Source: a virus
Taxonomy: Duplodnaviria; Caudoviricetes
IMG/VR virus record: IMGVR_UViG_3300024891_000004
Coordinates: 1-59,309 of that record
Direction: 5' to 3' (one strand)
Length of the DNA stretch: 59,309 nucleotides
Shown here: positions 28,579-42,000 of the stretch, piece by piece
Position numbering within the stretch: the stretch's first letter is position 1
How the letters are laid out: the number at the start of each line of letters is the position of its first letter
Made by a program: the position numbers and the translations under genes
The notes under the pieces: generated by a model
What the model was told of the DNA's origin: nothing
Databases searched by the model: none
Seen by the model: the letters and a program-made list of their open reading frames with translations, nothing else

Positions 28579-29796
28579 TCAAACAGTATAAACCTGCTTT
28601 GCGTAAGTAGTTTCAGCCTTACTACCTGCCAGCCGGTGACGGATTTCCTGTATTGGTAGCAGTCTGCGCCCCATTTCACCATAGGTTTTTGAACGCAGAA
28701 TGACCGTGATTGATTTTCGGTTGCGATAACCAAAATCGTGCGCCCATCTATCCATTGCAGCTAATTGATTGAAGGATTCAACCACGATGCCAGGGTGTTC
28801 TTTTAACACCATGCCATGATGGATATGCCCAATATCAATATAGTGAAATTCTGTTTCACCATAGTCTTTGCGGAAGTCGTTAGTCATCACATGGACTAGC
28901 TGACTAGGTTTGCATTTATCGGAGTGATGCGTCATGACCAGGGTATTACCCATGCGGTAAGCAATAAATACAGTGTCATTATTAAGCACGTTTACGCGCC
29001 CTGTATGACCGTAGGCCACACGCAGTAATTCAGCCATCCATATATCATTGGTACGGCTATGATTGCCTTGGTTGACGATCACATCAACGTATTGCGCTTT
29101 GGTAAGTGCTTTCTCAACAATGAATCGCATTACCCTTGAATAGACTTTAATCATCTTAGGAAAGCGCGTGTCATAGTCTAGCGCATGACCGCTGGCTTCC
29201 GTTGTGCCTGAAAAATTCTCGTAGTGTGTGAAATCACCAACGTCATTAATGACCATTCGCTCACACATAGGCAATTCATCAATCAATATCCCGATTGCTG
29301 CGCATATTTCCGTTTCCGCAATCTTTAAATCAAAGTTTTCGCCAATTTCGGCAGCATGGGCAAGCATACCTAAATGGGCATCACCGATTTCTATCCACGG
29401 GATAATGTCATTCTGGTAGTCAAGCGGTGCAGGCAACACGTTAATTGCTGGCATATCCTGTATAAAGTGTTCAACGGTTTCCTTGATCATTTCAAGGTAT
29501 TGCTGTTGATCTAACTTAGACTTTACCCACTGGCGCGTATCTTTATGATAGGTCGATATACCGGTTACAATAAACGGGTCAGGCACGGTATGCACATATC
29601 CATGATCCGGCGAATAACCTTGCACCGCCGCCTTGCGCTTAACCCTTCTCAAAGCATCTTGCACTGAACTTCTTGGCGTATTCATCAATCTGGAAGCACC
29701 GATAATGCTACCGGCTGTATTCACCGCATCAATATATTGTTTCTGTCTGTCAGTTGCCCACTCTTTTAGCGTTTCATCTATTTTGGCAGTCATCAT
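28579..29796 (-). CDS. Calcineurin-like metallophosphoesterase with N-terminal HTH
   Basis: GDAHLG, GDFTH, GNH, HH, GHIHH motifs. Confidence 0.85.
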   Translation of the reverse strand: MMTAKIDETLKEWATDRQKQYIDAVNTAGSIIGASRLMNTPRSSVQDALRRVKRKAAVQGYSPDHGYVHTVPDPFIVTGISTYHKDTRQWVKSKLDQQQYLEMIKETVEHFIQDMPAINVLPAPLDYQNDIIPWIEIGDAHLGMLAHAAEIGENFDLKIAETEICAAIGILIDELPMCERMVINDVGDFTHYENFSGTTEASGHALDYDTRFPKMIKVYSRVMRFIVEKALTKAQYVDVIVNQGNHSRTNDIWMAELLRVAYGHTGRVNVLNNDTVFIAYRMGNTLVMTHHSDKCKPSQLVHVMTNDFRKDYGETEFHYIDIGHIHHGMVLKEHPGIVVESFNQLAAMDRWAHDFGYRNRKSITVILRSKTYGEMGRRLLPIQEIRHRLAGSKAETTYAKQVYTV

Positions 29797-29805
29797 TACT
29801 CCCAC

Positions 29806-29826
29806 AAAAAAAGCCAAGTAAGGCTT
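29806..29826 (-). terminator. Terminator after the giant gene
   Basis: AAGCC-TTACTT-GGCTT plus T-run. Confidence 0.6.
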
Positions 29827-29913
29827 CTGATTTGTTCGGTTAATCGTTCCCCATTCATACCCCACATACCAGCGTTAAATTTGCTAGTATGTGGTTTTAA
29901 AGTAAGGGTCACT

Positions 29914-30003
29914 ATGGATAAGCTATTCTTAGTTATAGGCTGGATCATCTTAGGCGGCTTCGCTGCTTACTCTGTTATTCGCCTGCTGTTGTCCTGGCTA
30001 TAA
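29914..30003 (+). CDS. 29-aa hydrophobic peptide, opposite to the late operon
   Basis: MDKLFLVIGWIILGGFAAYSVIRLLLSWL, RBS aaggg; overlaps the giant gene 3' end. Confidence 0.5.
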   Translation: MDKLFLVIGWIILGGFAAYSVIRLLLSWL

Positions 30004-33000
30004 ACAATTCATTAAAGCGCAGCATTCTCGCGGTGATCCGTTCATTGAGCGCCTTGATTTCTTCCGGCGAGGCATCGGCCTTGAGTTTCTCTGAACGCAA
30101 TTTATGCAGTTGGCTAATCTCACGCTGTTCTAAATTAGCGCGGAATACCAATGCGGCTTCTGGATGGTTAGCGCGATACTCTGATGTATCGAGGCCGTCC
30201 TTGCGCAAGCCTTTCAGTTCCGTTTCAGTTTCAAACACTGATTTCAGGTTGTCATAGAAGCGTGAACTTTGGGATGATTGCCCTTCTGCATTGAGATAGA
30301 ACCTGCCGACCAATGGGATTTTGTACACCGGCAATTCTTCGCCGGTCACAATAGAGGTCGCAGACTGTTCCAGCTTCATATATTCACGGCCTACACCGCC
30401 AAATATTTGACCAAGCAGGTAATCAATCTGGTCTGGTGTCGGGCTGATAGCGCCTGGGGTGTAATCACTGCCGCCTGTTGCTTCATTGACCACCCAAGAC
30501 AAGCCTTTGCTGATTGCGCTGGCTGTGTCTTTAGCACGGGTATGGCCTGCCGTTGGTTTCTGTGAGTTGAAATCCATCTTGGCAATCGGTCTGCCTGTCC
30601 AGTCCTCGTTTTCTGCCAAGGCTGCAAGCGGATCGAACATGGTTGGTGTGATTGTTTGCATGGATAATCCGGCATTGCCAATCGGGTTAGTCACTTCTGC
30701 CAGCATTTCAAAAATATGGAAGAAGCGTTTGCTAGTGTCCTCGCCACCAGATAATGCCCATTCAGTCAGAATGCGCCCGAAAGCAGGCAAGGCATTGAAG
30801 CCTAATGGCATGGCAATCGTAATCGCTTTACCGTTACCCAAAGGAATAATCAGGTTGCGATCACGTACAAATTCAGGCGGTTCATCATCACCAAAGCCTG
30901 CCGCTGCTAACATTAAAGCCTGCATGACACCTAGTAATAAGCCACCGGTGACAATCGCTTTACCGGCTTTGCTTAATGTAAGTTTGCCGTTGTTATCTGT
31001 GAATAAAGTTTCACCGATACGCGCAGTACCTTGTACGGACGCATTAAAGAAGGCATACAGCGAACCGATTTGCCTGCCCATTTCACCCTTGCGGTTAAAG
31101 TTCACACTGATGTTTTTGGCAAGGCTGGCAGCTTGTGCTTTCGTCATGCCGTTATCAAGCCCGATCTTGTAAGCAGACAAGCGCACCGCATTTTCCATTG
31201 ATTCGTTGTAATCGCTTAACCAATCAAAAATGTATTTCTGGCCTGCTTCGATCAGGAATTGTTCTGGTTTAGCCAGGATGCCATTAATGCTGACTATCTT
31301 GCCTGCAGTCGTTTGTTGCCACCAAGTCGGGTCAAGCGCGTGTTTAAGTGCTTCACCACGTTCTTTCGCGTTGCGGAACATATCGCGGTAGCCGGTCTGA
31401 CCACCTTGTTTTTGGAAGTCCTCAAACAATAATGACCAATAAGAGTTAGTCGGCGTACCGGTTTTACGTTCACTGCGAATATCTTGATAGATACCTTTCA
31501 AGGCCAATGGTGTATTTTTCAATACGTCCAGTTGCTTGCCTGCCAATGGCGTAGAACTAAGGTTCAGCAATGACCCCTGTACGTCACGCAGAATATTGAT
31601 GACACCAAAGAACGGATTATATTGGGTATTGATACTTGAGAAGTAACGGGTAATGCTGGCTGCTGTACCTAGCAATTCACCGATCTGGTCTTGGTCTAGG
31701 TTCTTGATTGATGCTGCCGCACGCATGGCACGTTCATCATGCGTATTAAACTCGACAAAATGTTCTTCAATCTTGCCTTTGGCATTGACGATACGCGCCA
31801 CTACAACATTGTCACGGTTTTTGTAACTTGGATCAGGTACGTCCATTACCAAGTCCTGACCTTTGACGATATTCAGCGTATAGCCTGCGCCATTCCATTG
31901 AATGAACTTGTTGGCCTCAACCGGATTAGTGAAGGTCTGTACCACTGAACCGTTGTATAACACTTCATAAGTATTCTTACCGGCAACCACGGTGCGCATT
32001 GTTGGCACAACGTCCACTTTCCAGAAGTCTTTATTCGGGTTAAGTGTCGCTAGTCCTACCAGCGCGGTTGATACACGGTTCTTTTCACCACGGATGATGT
32101 TACGCTCTACCTGTTGCGCAATGTTCGCCAGTACGTCCACTACGGCACGTTTAGAACCGGTTGCACGTTTGGAAGCATTGCCTTTAACAGAAAAGCCTTG
32201 GCCTGAACCGTTGCCAAAACCGTTATCCATATCTTCACGCATCAATGGTACATAGTGCTGATATGCACCTTCCCAGACTGCAATCGTTTCCGGTGTTTCA
32301 AGTCCGTAACTAATTAAGCGTTGACGTGAAGTTTTCAGTATCGCGTCCACTTTGGCAGCTAGTGCCTGATAGTTGGCTGACTGCACAGGTGTCAGGTTCG
32401 CCAGATAGTCGCGTGCGTCCTGTGTTGTCATGCCAGAACCGCCGTCCTGCATTGCCGGATTAATCTTGGCTATCTGAATATTGCGTTCTTCGGCATGACG
32501 CGCCCACAAGTATTCTTCAAAGTCAGCCATATCCACTTTACGCGCTTGCATGGATTTCATCAGCGGTTCTAACTCATGCTTGATGAAGTCCTTGGTACGT
32601 GTTGCGGTACGTCCGGTATAGAGTTCTTCCTGCAGGTATGGATTCCACTTGTCATCAATACTGTTACCGGCTTTTTGAATTCCCTGGATGACGCGCTTCA
32701 AGTCCACGAACTTGTTTTGCAGCATATAGATGACGTTATCCAGTTTGCTTTTATCTGGTGTTTGCCATTGTTGGATCGGTGTCGCTGGTTGAACTACTGG
32801 TGACAGGCGCGGTGTTGGACGGCTGTAGCGAGTATCAGGATTCTTTGGATTAAAGTCGCCGTTGTTATCTGTTGCTGATTTGATTTGTTCTGGTTTTCTT
32901 GCTACATATATTTTTCCATCGCCCCACTTAGAATCAGCCATATCATTTTTGTCTGTTACATTAAGGTAAACTTCTTTTATATATGTGCCAACCCAATCGC

Positions 33001-36000
33001 CACCATAGTCATTTTCACCAGATAGTTCAATTCCCGTTTTTTCAGATGCAAATTGTGCGGCTTCTTCAAAAACAGTTGTGAAATAAGCGCCCTTGCCTAG
33101 CATTCCATTAATTGAAGTATCGAATGTATCAAATGAGTTTCCAGTACCATGATAAACAACCAACGGCTTACCATCAGCATCAACCACCTTGCTATCACCG
33201 AACCATGCCTTAAACTCTGGCGTATTAGTCTGGTCGCCTGAACTAGCTGCGGAATAAGCAGAACCAATGGTGTAATGCGTCACCTTGCTAGGTGATTTCA
33301 GGCTATCCAGTGCGCGAGTAACCAAAGTTCTCACTTCACCATCTGATACCGTCAGGTTCATGCCTAATCTGCGTAAGAAATTGCGCAAGAAAGCGACTAG
33401 TTTATCCATCACACTCGCTTTAATCCCGTTGCCGCCCATATCTGCCAATGATTCTTCTACGCTGCCCACCAGTGACAAATCTTTATGTGTAGCGCGTAAA
33501 GCGTCTGCCTGCTGTTTAATATCCTTATTGCTTAGATAAATGCCCATTAATGTAGCGTCAATCTCTTTACCGAATACACGGCGTAAGCCTTCATGGGTAG
33601 ATTCATGCAGCATGGTAAACAGGGCATGATTCGTATTGATGATGTTATTGCGGAATAAGTAAATCTCGCCGTTATGCCATGCGCCTGCAGCGTCATAGGC
33701 TTTGTCACGCTTAATGTCAGCGACTAATTCATCCGGTGCTTTGGTGTAATCTTCCAGCACATGAGTTAATGGCAGGCCACGTAAGGCTTGATTGACGTTG
33801 GCAACGACTGCATTCAGGTCACGAATATCAATACCGGTAGATTTCTGTGAGAATTTGGATTGTGGACGGCTGTATTTAGCTGTAATTCCTATATCTTCTT
33901 CATTGAATATAACGTAGTTGAAATCTTGCTTTGGCTGAATGTCGTATGCTTCATTTACTGCATCCTGCAAATCAGATTCAATAGCATTTTTATAAGCTTG
34001 CTTTAATCCATTAAAAGCCTCTGCTTCATTGCTTCCATTTTCTTTAAAGTCTTGCGCTGCATACAAATAAGCGCTATCACCGGTATATTTAGATCTGCCA
34101 TTTTTATTACGGCTTGAACCATCCAAGTATTTAATGCCGCGAATGCCTAAACTGTTAAGTTCAGCACTTGCCTTCTCTTGGCTATCAAACTTTCTCGCCC
34201 TAGAATTATAAAACTCGCCTGCTGTTGCAAAGTCTTGATTAAATGATGCTAGTGAGAATTTCTTTTCAAGGGCTGCAATAACAGTATTGCTCTGTTCAGA
34301 TAATGGCTTATCCCATAGCAGGTATTCATCTTCTGTTGGGGCTAGTTCTACTTCATAGAGTTTGCCATTGTTTGATGAAACTCTGCTTTTAAGCCCTTTA
34401 ACTATTTTTAAAGCATCTTTATTTAGCTCAATTTCACTCTGATTTTTAGCATTAGAAATATTTTTTTCTAACTGCTCAATAGTGTCGCTATATGCGCTTT
34501 TGCTTCCATCATTACTGTTGGACAGAAGTAAACGGAATGCCAATTTACCAGAAGGATTATCTCTATATTCATCAAGCATTCTTGCATCAATCGGCTTGCC
34601 GTCAATCATTAACCCCCGTGACAGGTTGTTTTTGTACCATTCAGCAACTTTCTGGCTGCCAGCGAAATACAATCCATAACCATAAGATTGATTCCCCTCA
34701 CCAGTGCCGATCTTACTCATTTCAAACTTATCATGGTCGTGTGGTGAACCGTGAAATGCGGCGTGCATTACGGCAATCACATTCCCATCAGCATCAACTT
34801 TTGCATTAAGTTTGCTGCGGCCTTCACGCAATACATTCAGCAAATCAGTTTCGCCGTACTCGGCTAATTTCATAAAGCCATGCTCACGCAACCATGCGCG
34901 GATCATGCCAATAATGGCTTTGGCTTTGTCACTGAACTTTGGATTCTGTGCGGTATAAGCCAGCATTTCTTCCATCATGACAGCAATCCTTGTGTCATCA
35001 CTAAATGATGATTTTTCAAGCTGACGCGCTACGTTAGATAGTTCTTGGGTAATGCCGCGCTGTTGGGCAATATCTTTTATGCCTTTTAAGCCACCAATGG
35101 ATAGGTATAACGCATTCAGTTTTTTGTTGATTTCTGTGCCATATAAACGGCGTATGCCAATATGACCTTCAACTTCATGCAAGATGATTGATTCTGCTTC
35201 CTGCTCACTTCCATTCATATCAGCAATCACATATACTTTGCCATTATGAGTTATGCCGGATGCGTATTTAGCTTCATCTTTGCCATATTGTTTTGTGGTG
35301 GTATTTTTTACGTCATCAGGCAATGCATCAAACGTAGGCACTGCGATGATGTCGATATTCCAAATTTTCTTGTTGGCGGCGAGTACCCTGCTGACAACGG
35401 TGTTGGCGGTGTCGAGAGTTATTGCCGTGAAGTCAGTGTTATTTCCACGCGATGCAAATAGGGCAATGCCTTTGTCGGTTTCTTTGGTTTTGATTTCATT
35501 GAATAGCACATCAAAAGCGGCATTAATTGCTTCGCGCTCTTTACCTTGTGGGTAGCGCTTTTTGGCTTCATTCAGCACGTCATCAATCATTGCATTGCCG
35601 GTGTTTATTTCTTCGGCCTGTTTCCATGCTGAAACAAGGTAATCATTTCTTCCGTCTGCGTTGGCAAGTTTTTCTGCCACATACATTTCAAAAGCACGCG
35701 CGAACAACTCATGCGGTGTTGACCAATATGGGTCTTTTTTTCCACCATCCAGGATGCTGGCGGCACGATAATATTCAGTATGAATTTTGCGCAGCACTGG
35801 ATCTGCTTTGAGCGCTTCTTGTGCTGCGCTGTGTCCGGCAAGCGTTAAGTTGAGATCATTAGCGCGGTCAAAATTCCAACCCAATTTGTTTGCAATATAT
35901 TTAACGTATTCAGAGGTGTAGCCCTGTGGCTTGCGCTTGCCTTTTAGCGCAGGCCATTCCGCATAGTCGCCTGTTTCACCGGAAATTATTGCATCCAGTG

Positions 36001-39000
36001 CTGCAAGCGCAGTTTCATCATCTTTAAGCGCCTCTTTTAATCCATTGCGCTCAACGTACTGCTCAATTCTTTCTTTTGAGTATTGCGCCTGTGCGGTGAT
36101 GCGTGCTTTTGCAGTTTCCGGTGTTTCCTGTATTTCGCGCATTGAGGTAACGATGGTATGAAAAGCATCAACAATTTCTTTGCGGATGCCGGATTCAGAT
36201 ACGTTTCTATGTTTGCCGATCCATGATGCAAACGGTTCATCGCTGGCGGCAAGCCCTGCCTGTACACCAAAGAAATGATCGAGGCCATGCGCCCATTCGT
36301 GCGCTAAAGAACCTGCGCCTTTTTCTCTCGTCAGATTAATCTCGTTATAGCCAGGATAAAAGTGTGCTGCAAACTTACCTTTACCTTGTGCGCCAATCGC
36401 AAGACCAAGCATTCCATCCAGCGACATTGCTTTCACTGGCATATTTAGCACTTCTGCAAGATCATGAAAAGCATCAAAGGCACTATTAACGTGTGATTGG
36501 CGCTCTTTAGCATTGGATGGTTGTTTCATCCAGTCGCCAAAATTTACCGCTTTCAATCCCACTGCATCCTGCAGTTCTTTTGATGAAACATTGCCATCAG
36601 CACGAAGCTCTCTGCCCTTACGGACGGATTTTTCTACTGGCGTTTCCGGCTCTTTAAAGGCTGCTTCACGCTCACGTTTTACCAATGCTCTGGCGGCTTC
36701 CACGGCTTCATCATGTGTTGCGTGTTCGCTCTTAGGTGAATAGCGACCTTTCTTAATGACTTGGAATTTTCCATCAGCCTCTTTGATCTGATATGAGCGC
36801 TGCCATGCTTCCTGTTTAGCAGGAAAGCCTTGCTGTACCGCCTTCATCGCGTCAATAAAACTGCTTAAATTAAGTTGAATGTTTTTATAAAAGCGATTGC
36901 CGGTTGCATTGGCTTTGTCATTGCCTTCTTTATTCTGCCTGCCCCAACGCGCACCACTTTCATTTTTAGGGAATACACGGTCAACAAAGTAATTTAAGTA
37001 GTTTTCAATATCGGTATCGTTTTCATTTCCGATATTGGCAATATCTATCACTTCATTGCTGTTGAGCATCCATGATTGTTTTTTGGCTTTAACCGCTACG
37101 GCAGTAATCATTCTTGCCATTGCTTGCTTGTCAGACAAAAATTCATCAACCGCTTTTTTAGTTGCTTCGACTACATCCACATAGTCGTACAGCATCTTTT
37201 CGCCTTTATAGGCTGGCTTAGAACTTAACCCATCATAGATTTGTTTAACGATATGTGCGATTGCAGGTTGTACACCGCTATCAACCAACGCCTGATAATC
37301 TGGTCGTTCCCATAGCTTAGTTTTAACCGCCATTGCCACGCGCTCGGTATCATTGTTCGCGTCTTGAATATCTTTAAGCGTTAAGCCTTTGTTGCGGCGG
37401 TTGCCAAGCATTTCAATACCAACATCGGAAGTATCTTTTAATGCTACGGTATCTGCCTTAGTTTCAGGTTTAGGCTGTTCGGATTTAGCTTTACGATTAG
37501 CATCCTCTGCATAAGTCTTAGCAAAGTGATTCTGCTTGCCTTGGGCAAGGCTTTTTAGTACACCCTCTGATACCTTGCCGCCTGATTTTGCGTGCGCTTC
37601 TATTGCTGCATAATGTTCATCTTCCAGTGAACCTTTTACCGATTCAAATTCATCGGCGCTCATTTGAGTTTTAGCAGTAGCTAAATACTCTGGTAATGTT
37701 TGCTCGTATGGCTGTTTTGTTTGTGATTGTTTTATTAATCTTTTATCAGGCTCTTTGCCTTGTTGAATTTCAACCAATGCGTTTTGCAATGCACCTTGAC
37801 GTTTTAATAGATTATTGAACGTTTCATTTACTGGCTTACCTTGCTGTTTTTTCAGTTCATCATTTACAGCATTTAATGCTTCTTGATAAGGCTTGGCTTG
37901 CGCTTCACGTTCTCTACCTAAGTCTGTAGCGGCTTTAGCGTTGCGCTCATTCAGGTCATTTTCTAAGCCAAAATTATATTTAAGTAAGTCAGCCTGTACT
38001 TCTTTTGATAACTGGTCATAAACAGACAATGGGATTTTTTTATCTCTAGGCGTATTCATAACTTCTTTGTTATAAACACTTAATGCCATAGCTTCTGTTG
38101 AACCGTCAGGGTCGCCAGTAGCAGAATTAATCATTGCTTGGCGTTTGTCACCATTGGCTTTATTTAGGTATGCGCTAGAATATTCGTTGCTGTTAAATCT
38201 ATTTTCTAGCCATTGGTCAAAAGTTAGCTTGTATGCTTCTTGTTTTTCTTCAACCTGTGATGTTGCCGATGTTTCAGCCTGTGATGCTTCAATTAAATCC
38301 TGCGCCCCTGCTGCACGCGCCTGTTCAAATTCGCTATCACTACCGCTTAGAGTAAAGGTATCTTGATTGTCTGTGCCAGTATTGCGCTTCGCGTCTTTTG
38401 CGCGTTCTGCATCGACTAGGGCTTGCTTGGCGGCGGTGTTGTCGCCTAAGAGGTCGGTTGGTGATTGAGTTGCAGTATTAAATCTTTCTTCTGCTAATTT
38501 ATACAGGCGATTTAGTTCTGGCAGGGTTTCATTGCGTAGTGCATCCACGGCTTCACGATTAATAAACTCTGATTCAAGTTTATTAATATTAACTTTAGCC
38601 TCGCGTTTTTCTTTTGGTGTTTTTGCAATTTTAAAAGCATATTCAGCTTTTGATAATTTTCCGCTTGCATCAGCGTATAGGTCGTTTGCAAAATTTATTT
38701 TGCGTTCAATTTCCGCAAGTGACCTAACAGATATTGGTATTAGGTTACGCAGTAATGGGTAGTTATTATTTTCGGCATGGCCTTCAACGGCATTTGAGAA
38801 TATGGCAGTAGCATCTACTGGTACGCCTTCATCAATTTGTTTTGCAATCGCTAAACGATCTACATATTGCTGATAAGGATTACGATTTTCTTTTGCAGAT
38901 ACAATGGCATCTTGCAACATTTCACGGAAATCGGATTTTTCTTCATCTGATTTTGCGCTATAAGATGCCTTGAATTTATCTAATTCAGTTTGTTCTTGTG

Positions 39001-42000
39001 GTACTTCCGCTACTTGGCTGGTGTTGCTTCCTTGGCTTTCAGTGTTTGCGCCATCTTGCTGTGCGCGTCCGCTGCCATTTTCAGTGCTGCCAGTTTCAGT
39101 ATCTTGTCCTGCCTGTCCTTCGGTAGCTTGGCTATTTCCTGCATTACCTGTTTCATCATCAAACTCCTCTTTTAACATACGCAGTAATGCGCGTTCAATT
39201 TCTACTTGTGGCTGGCCTTTCATAGATTCAGCCAGTGAAGCGTCAATTTCTGCAAGCGCTTCCGCACCATATTTAGCGGTGGCTTTTGTCACCAGTTCAT
39301 CAAGCAATGCCTGTTCGTCATCGCTTAATTCGCTGATAGCATTAGCATATTCCTCATATTTCTTTTGTGCTAGTGCTTCTTGGCCTTCTGCTGTCAATAC
39401 GTCCATGCCTGACATAGCATCAGCAATCGCATTACCTAAGTCTGCCACGCTTTCACCTACTGGATAACCTTGCTCTTTAAGCAGTTCGCGCATGGTGTCA
39501 GCATCTAGGCCAGTTTTCGTAAAGCTACGTTTAATGCCTGCGCCGTGTTGACGCATATCGGCAGGGTCAATACCAAATTCAGCTTTGGCTTTATCAGCAT
39601 TCAGGCCACCGAGTTTAGCCATTGCCTGCATTAAGCCGTCTTTTGTGGTGTCCAGCTTCATGCGTTCTTCCAGCATGGCCTTGGCTAGTTTGCTTTTCTT
39701 ATCTTTAGCGGCTAACTGCTCTGGTGTGTTCGCAGCCTGGTCATGTAATTGCATCAGAACTTCGCTGAATGCTTTGTTCTTTTTACCGAGTAAATTAGCA
39801 AAGTTCTTGAACTGTTTAGGCGATACTTTCTTGCCTGCCATGAAGTCTTTAGCGGCTTTGAGTGCCGGATCAAAACTAGGGTGCTTGTCTGCTGTAGCGC
39901 GTAGTTTAGTGAGTTGCTCGACTAATGGGCGTACTGTATCGGCAGGTTGTACAGATTCGTTTAACGGTGCGGCTGTTTCAGTATTGACGTTTTTAGGTGT
40001 GATAGCAGTTTCAGCAACCAATGGCTTGAGAATACTAGGAACTACCGGCAGTTGACTGCCAAACAGGTATTCTTCTGCACCATCTTTATCGGCTTGTGAT
40101 AAGTTTTTAAGATTGATCGCCTTGAATTGCGTCAAGTTAAAATCATCGTTGCGTGATTCTGCTTCGGCAATGGCATTATCGACCAGCCATTTATCAACGG
40201 CTTTCAGGCCAAAGTTTGATACCTTGCCATCTTTTCCATTGAATTTTGGGAATGGGGTTGTGGTTCTGCCGGACGCAGTAGTGACGACTTCTTGTGCTGC
40301 CAACATACCGCCGACTTCACCTTTACGCACTTGTACACCATTTGCAGTTTCATCGACACGTTCTGGCAATGTGGTTGTGGTATCGACATTGGTTGCATTT
40401 GTAACACGCTCAAAGCCATTTTCAGTTTTAACATACGGCACACCGCCAACATCGACCTGTTCACCGACTGCTACCTTAGTCATATCAACATCATTGCTTG
40501 TGGCGCTGACAGTTTCTAATGGCTTAGTTGGATCACCGTTTTTCAGCCAATCTTTAAAGGCTGGCGTTGTCAGTTCGGTAACAGATTTGCCGCCATTCCA
40601 ATCATCGGCATAGTTCGATTTGTAGATTGCAATCGCTTCGTCTGCGGTTTCTGCACCTAAAACGGCTTTGTGTTCATCAAAACTACCGTCTTTTTTGGTC
40701 TGGTTGATGACGAATACTTTACCGTTTGCAGGTTTATCACCCACGAATACATCCAGATTATCGCCGTCATTGCCTTTGGTGCGTTTGATGTAACCATAAT
40801 GGTTAGCCAGGGTATTTTCCCAAGCTGCGCCATCTTCATCTACGCCGCTACGGGTAGAACCTTGTGGATTTTCTACGGTAATATTCAGGCCGTCATACTT
40901 GATATGGCCTTTTTTGTAATTACCGGCTGCAGTTTGCGCTTCTGTTGGCTGTGGCAAGTCATTCAGCGGTGAAGTTGCCGCTTGCTGTGCTTGTTCGTCA
41001 ATGATTTGTTTTTCTGCGGCCTGTTCCGGTGCAATGGTTGCCGGTTCTATCGGTGCAATAGCGGTATCAGGCATGACACCATTCTGTTGCGCTTCGACTG
41101 CGTTCAGTGAATCAACGATATTAGGCTTGGCTTCTGTAGCGTCAGGCATGACAGGTTGTGGAGTGAGGCCAACGGCTTGCGCTATGGTTGCAGCGGAAGT
41201 CAGTGAACCTTCTGGGGCTGGTGGTGCTGGTGGTGGTGTAACTTGAGTATTGTCTTTGCCGCCAAAAGCATTCAGTGCGTTTGCACCGCCGCCCATTAAG
41301 CCGCCGGATAATGCGCCCATTGCGGCAGCATTGCCGACACCTTCATCCCAAGTTTTATCCAGTGATAAGTTTTGTGCAATCTGCTCTTGTGCTGATTGTG
41401 GCGCTTCTTCCAGCAAGCCTTCACTAATAACACCGCCTGCAATCGCTTTCGGCAATCCAGTTGCAAGTTGTGCCGGATTAAGTTTGCCTTGTGCCAGCAT
41501 GGTATCAATATCAGCAATACCAAGTTTCTGCGCAATGCTACCACTTGCCGCACTGATTACACCGGTCAACAATCCACTACCGGCCTGAATTGCCGCCTGC
41601 TTACCTGTCAGCAATCCATCTGCGGTTTCCTGTCTTAACTGTTCTGCGTTCTGGCCTGCAGTTACGATACCTTCACCGGCTGCACCGGCAATTACCGGCG
41701 CAAGTTTAGGTGCTACTGTCAACAATCCACGCGCACCGACACCACCCAAGCCCATCACCGGCAATGATTCTGCTGTGGTCTGTGCAATAGTTGACGGATT
41801 TTGCAGTGCGGTCTTGATGGTATTAACAAAACCATCAGCCTCTTGCACTTTCTGATTTGCAAGTTTCTGTTCTGGGCTGTAATAATCACTGATAAACTCT
41901 TTAGCCTGTTTAGGCTTGAAGCCTGCGCTTTCAGCCAGCTTACCGGCATGACCACCGGTTACAAGGTCAGCAAGACCAACTACTGTTTCAGGTACGCCGA

